Assembly: GCA_030167865.1 (NCBI GenBank)
Contig: JALAGF010003472.1
Location: forward strand, 1 to 39,329
Length of the DNA: 39,329 nt
Direction: 5' to 3'
Source of the DNA: Craspedostauros australis
Taxonomy: Eukaryota
Part shown: positions 36,409 to 39,329 of the stretch, one piece after another
How positions within the stretch are numbered: the stretch's first letter is position 1
Layout of the letters: each line of letters begins with the position of its first letter
Position numbers and translations under genes: made by a program
Notes under the pieces: model-generated
What the model saw: only the letters and a program-made list of their open reading frames with translations
The model's database searches: none
Told to the model about the DNA's origin: nothing

Positions 36409-36501
36409 TGTTAAAATAGCGCGCTGCGGAATCGAACCACGGAGCCAGTCCACGCCCTGCATGAACACAAGAAATTAACGCTTATAACCCATGTCGCGAC
36501 A
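36409..36501 (-). repeat. 5' LTR of the TRIM (93 bp)
   Basis: Minus strand reads TGTCGCGACATGGGTTATAAG...GGTTCGATTCC...TATTTTAACA, adjacent to the PBS. Confidence 0.92.
36428..36438 (-). promoter_or_regulatory. Pol III B-box consensus (GGTTCGATTCC) inside the 5' LTR
   Basis: Identical to the B-box of both tRNA-Ala genes in this window. The 3' LTR copy (36164-36174) reads GGTTCGGTTCC. Function not demonstrated. Confidence 0.6.
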
Positions 36502-37215
36502 GGTTGTGACCAACATGGCGAGGAGTTGCGCACAGTCTTTCCTCCCAACATCAATGCTTCATGCTGTGTCGTGATTCGTTGGTGTGACTGACACGTCGCC
36601 AATCTGCCTTGAACCGGTGGTTGCCTGGCACGGTGCCGTACATAGACTCGCGCCAACTAGTGCTCTGTCTATGTGTGTACTCGTATTGCCTGTTCCTGTC
36701 ATCACGAGGAACCTTAGCCAATACGAAGTGTACGGTATACTCTTGGCGTCGTGTACTGATAGTCTATCTCAGAGGCGGTACATCCGTGTCGAGTGCAGTA
36801 CGAGTAGGTAGAGTCGGCTGCTATGTGGCGTATTAGATGTGCTCGTACAGATATCAGGAGCATCGCTAACCCACCCTCTCCCCCCCCCAGCCTCGGATAC
36901 CGTATTGCAGCACATCTCAGGACAAAGATGAGACACACAGCACAGCAATAGGTTGAAGAGCGTGTCGAGTAGACGAAGGTGGCAGAGATGACTGAGGATT
37001 TGCTGGAGTCGGGACCCAATGAATGGGAAAGGAATGTGATGCGGCAATCGAAAGGCTTGGTAAAGACGTGCCAAAAGGAACAGGCAACCTACCCTTCGAA
37101 TGCATAGCATGATAAGATAGATAGTATTAGTACGAAGATGATGGCTTCGCTCACTCCACCATCGAGCAAAAGTGAAGCAGAGATTGTGCCTGGAGTTGTG
37201 TAATTCAACAAAAAG

Positions 37216-37288
37216 TGGACATTGCCGGAATCGAACCGGCGACCTTATGCATGCTAAGCATACGCGCTGCCAACTGCGCCAAACGCCC
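37216..37288 (-). tRNA. tRNA-Ala(AGC)
   Basis: GGGCGTT TG GCGC AGTTGGCA GCGC G TATGC TT-AGC-AT GCATA AGGTC GCCGG TTCGATT CCGGC AATGTCC A. G3:U70 pair; downstream TTTTT. Confidence 0.97.
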
Positions 37289-38091
37289 ACGAGCTGTTGT
37301 TGCTTGGTGACAATTCAAAATGCTCCAGAGTTCATTTACCTATCATGAAATCTCTCATTTTCTTTCTACATTCAGAAGCTTGCTGTCTGTTGCTTTGCAA
37401 CCTCTCCAACATCCTCCTCCTCATCGCTTTTGTCTGGTCTTGCATTGGACGATTTCGGAAAAGTAACAAGATGCTCTTCGTATTAGCAGCTCGTACATAT
37501 TGTAGTATTCCTATCATCGAAGGCATGGCGCTTCTGCCGTTCCTGTAGACAACGAGCTTCATCGTCCAGTGATGCAGGACTTCCACGTGACCTTGCAGAG
37601 ACAGTGGAGCAAAGCAATCCTCTTTACCAACACAACGTATTGATAAACTGAACTGTAGAGCAGCCAAGCTGGAAGAGGAACAGAGGCGCAATCTATGGCA
37701 CATGGCTCGTGTCATCCTGTCTCTCTAGCTTCGATCACAGAATTCTCCAATCAATCAAGCGAACTCTGGGAGCGTCTGTTTGTCGCGAGCAGTTTTGCCT
37801 GTTGTTCTCGCCACATGAGCGACTGCCTGTGACAACAAGAACAAAACAGGATTCGGTCGCCTTGGCGCCAACGCCGGAGAGGCATCAACTCACAAAGAGA
37901 GACACAGACGCAAAGTACCAAGGAAGAGAGAAAGAGAGAGAGCGAGCGACGATTTGGCGACCCTAACCAGCAACAAGACGAGTTGACCAACTTGAAGTGA
38001 AGCCACTGTGACTTTGTGGCCATCCTGCAACACAGTTACAAGTCAGACAGTACACACACGTACGCCAGAGGAGCAACCCGAACGAAGCAAC

Positions 38092-39329
38092 ATGATAAAA
38101 AGCGGGAGCAGAGGGGAGAAAAGGTCGCAAGTGCCAGGTCCTCGCCATGGTGGCGCGGCCGCAGCCTCCACAGGTGCTGCTGGTACTCCTTCTCTGAAAG
38201 ATGATGGATTTCTCAACAGCGCAACGACTTTGGGTCGCACAGTCAGCATCACCGTGGAAGCCTCTCAGGCGTTGCAACGACATCTCCTTCGGATTGATCT
38301 GGTTGCAGAGATCCGCGATCAACGCAGCAAGCGCAAGGTGGTCTCCGATACTGCCACTACCGCCACCACCACCACCAACGACACAAGTAACACCAACACC
38401 ACCAATCGCCGCAAGTTGCCAAAATCCAGGAGCAGACCGGCTGTGCATTCACCGCCCCGTGCAACGTTGGCATCGAATCCGCAGCTTGCACCAGGGAAGC
38501 ATCACCACTTTCCCAACGAACGCCTGGCCACTTCGGAGAGAATCGCGAGAGATCCACTGCAGTCGTTGGCGGCTGGTTGCTCTCCAAAACGGCGTCTCGT
38601 GCGAAGAAAGCACAAACGGACTGTTGCTGAGGCCTCTCTCCTTTCAACAGAAACACTCCCAGATCTGCAGGTACCCTTGCCGAAGGCCTCGAAAAGTACG
38701 CGAGCCCGGAGTTCATTTTCGCAGGAACCTGACTCACAAATGCAAGACAAGTCAGACAACCAGGACGTGATCGATCTCACAGACGATCTGGAGTACGACA
38801 ACACAGAACAAGAGCTGAAGATGGACATGCTCAACCAATCGCATGCGCAGGGCTCTCATCCACTGAATCAGAGCACAAGCACGAATGCGCCCATAAACAT
38901 GAACGTCAGAACAAACACTAAAAAACGCACCACCTACGAACAACAGCGCGCGTACATTCAGCAGCAACAACAGCAACAACGACGACAACAACGACGACAA
39001 CAGCTACAAGAGCAGCAGCTAAAACATCAACGACGACAGAAGCAACAGCAGCAGCAGAGACTGATGGCCAACCACCGTCCTGACTATCAATGCGTCAAGA
39101 AGAAATCGCGAAACATCAGATCAATCACGGCGGAGGAAATCGCACCCAGCATAACGGATGATGCCACAGGCGTGATCTACATTATGAATCGTCGGGTCAA
39201 CATGAACAATCTGCAGAGAGACGCCAGCACGTACTCATTGCTGCGAGCATGGGTAGAAGATGATCCGTATCGCCAACGAACACATTGGGACCTCAACGAT
39301 GATGTTGTGACGCCCCCTCGGCGATCGAC
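38092..39329 (+). CDS. Low-complexity, Gln-rich putative nuclear protein with a LIN37-like motif; runs off the window end
   Basis: I read the frame open from ATG 38092 (MIKSGSRG) to the window end without a stop, so it is absent from the ORF track. Contains VIDLTDD, a poly-Q/R tract and IYIMNRRVNMNNLQRDASTYSLLRAWVEDDP. Confidence 0.75.
   Translation, partial: MIKSGSRGEKRSQVPGPRHGGAAAASTGAAGTPSLKDDGFLNSATTLGRTVSITVEASQALQRHLLRIDLVAEIRDQRSKRKVVSDTATTATTTTNDTSNTNTTNRRKLPKSRSRPAVHSPPRATLASNPQLAPGKHHHFPNERLATSERIARDPLQSLAAGCSPKRRLVRRKHKRTVAEASLLSTETLPDLQVPLPKASKSTRARSSFSQEPDSQMQDKSDNQDVIDLTDDLEYDNTEQELKMDMLNQSHAQGSHPLNQSTSTNAPINMNVRTNTKKRTTYEQQRAYIQQQQQQQRRQQRRQQLQEQQLKHQRRQKQQQQQRLMANHRPDYQCVKKKSRNIRSITAEEIAPSITDDATGVIYIMNRRVNMNNLQRDASTYSLLRAWVEDDPYRQRTHWDLNDDVVTPPRRS

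Larger units (their letters stand above)
36145..36501 (-). mobile_element. Non-autonomous miniature LTR retrotransposon (TRIM), 357 bp
   Basis: Two 93-bp direct repeats with TG...CA ends (92/93 identical), 171-bp non-coding interior, PBS TGGTAGCGTGGCC directly after the 5' LTR, PPT AGGGAGGG directly before the 3' LTR, and flanking duplication GGTTGT (36139-36144, 36502-36507). Confidence 0.93.

Noticed and set aside
36145-36501. Direct repeats considered as a CRISPR array, tRNA gene pair or assembly artefact
   Set aside because: Only two 93-bp units in a eukaryotic context, with no D or anticodon arms. TG..CA ends, PBS, PPT and TSD are all explained by an LTR element.
38201-38770. 189-aa ORF from the ORF track
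   Set aside because: Alternative frame overlapping the longer open frame that starts at 38092 and continues to the window end.

Overview
Gene-dense eukaryotic nuclear DNA, most likely from a diatom or related stramenopile. That is inferred from bipartite signal+transit peptides with an aromatic +1 residue and from GT-AG introns, mostly with GTGAGT donors. I reconstructed about 17 protein-coding genes by hand, and the spliced lengths of all complete multi-exon models are multiples of 3. They include ELP5, an ERO1-like protein, a DoxX protein, a gamma-carbonic anhydrase, CKS1, a histidine phosphatase, a mitochondrial-carrier-family protein, DBR1, TAF2, a small PDZ protein, TGS1, a DHRS12-like SDR, several hypotheticals and a truncated LIN37-like ORF. 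Three tRNA genes are present (Ala-UGC, Ser-CGA, Ala-AGC). The standout feature is a complete 357-bp non-coding LTR retroelement (TRIM) at 36145-36501 on the minus strand. It has two 93-bp TG...CA LTRs differing by one base, a 6-bp target-site duplication, a probable initiator-tRNA primer-binding site and a polypurine tract. Its LTRs carry a tRNA-like T-arm/B-box followed by a TTTT run, suggesting a tRNA-promoter analogue of the 5S-carrying Cassandra elements. All family assignments rest on motif recognition by eye; no searches were run.
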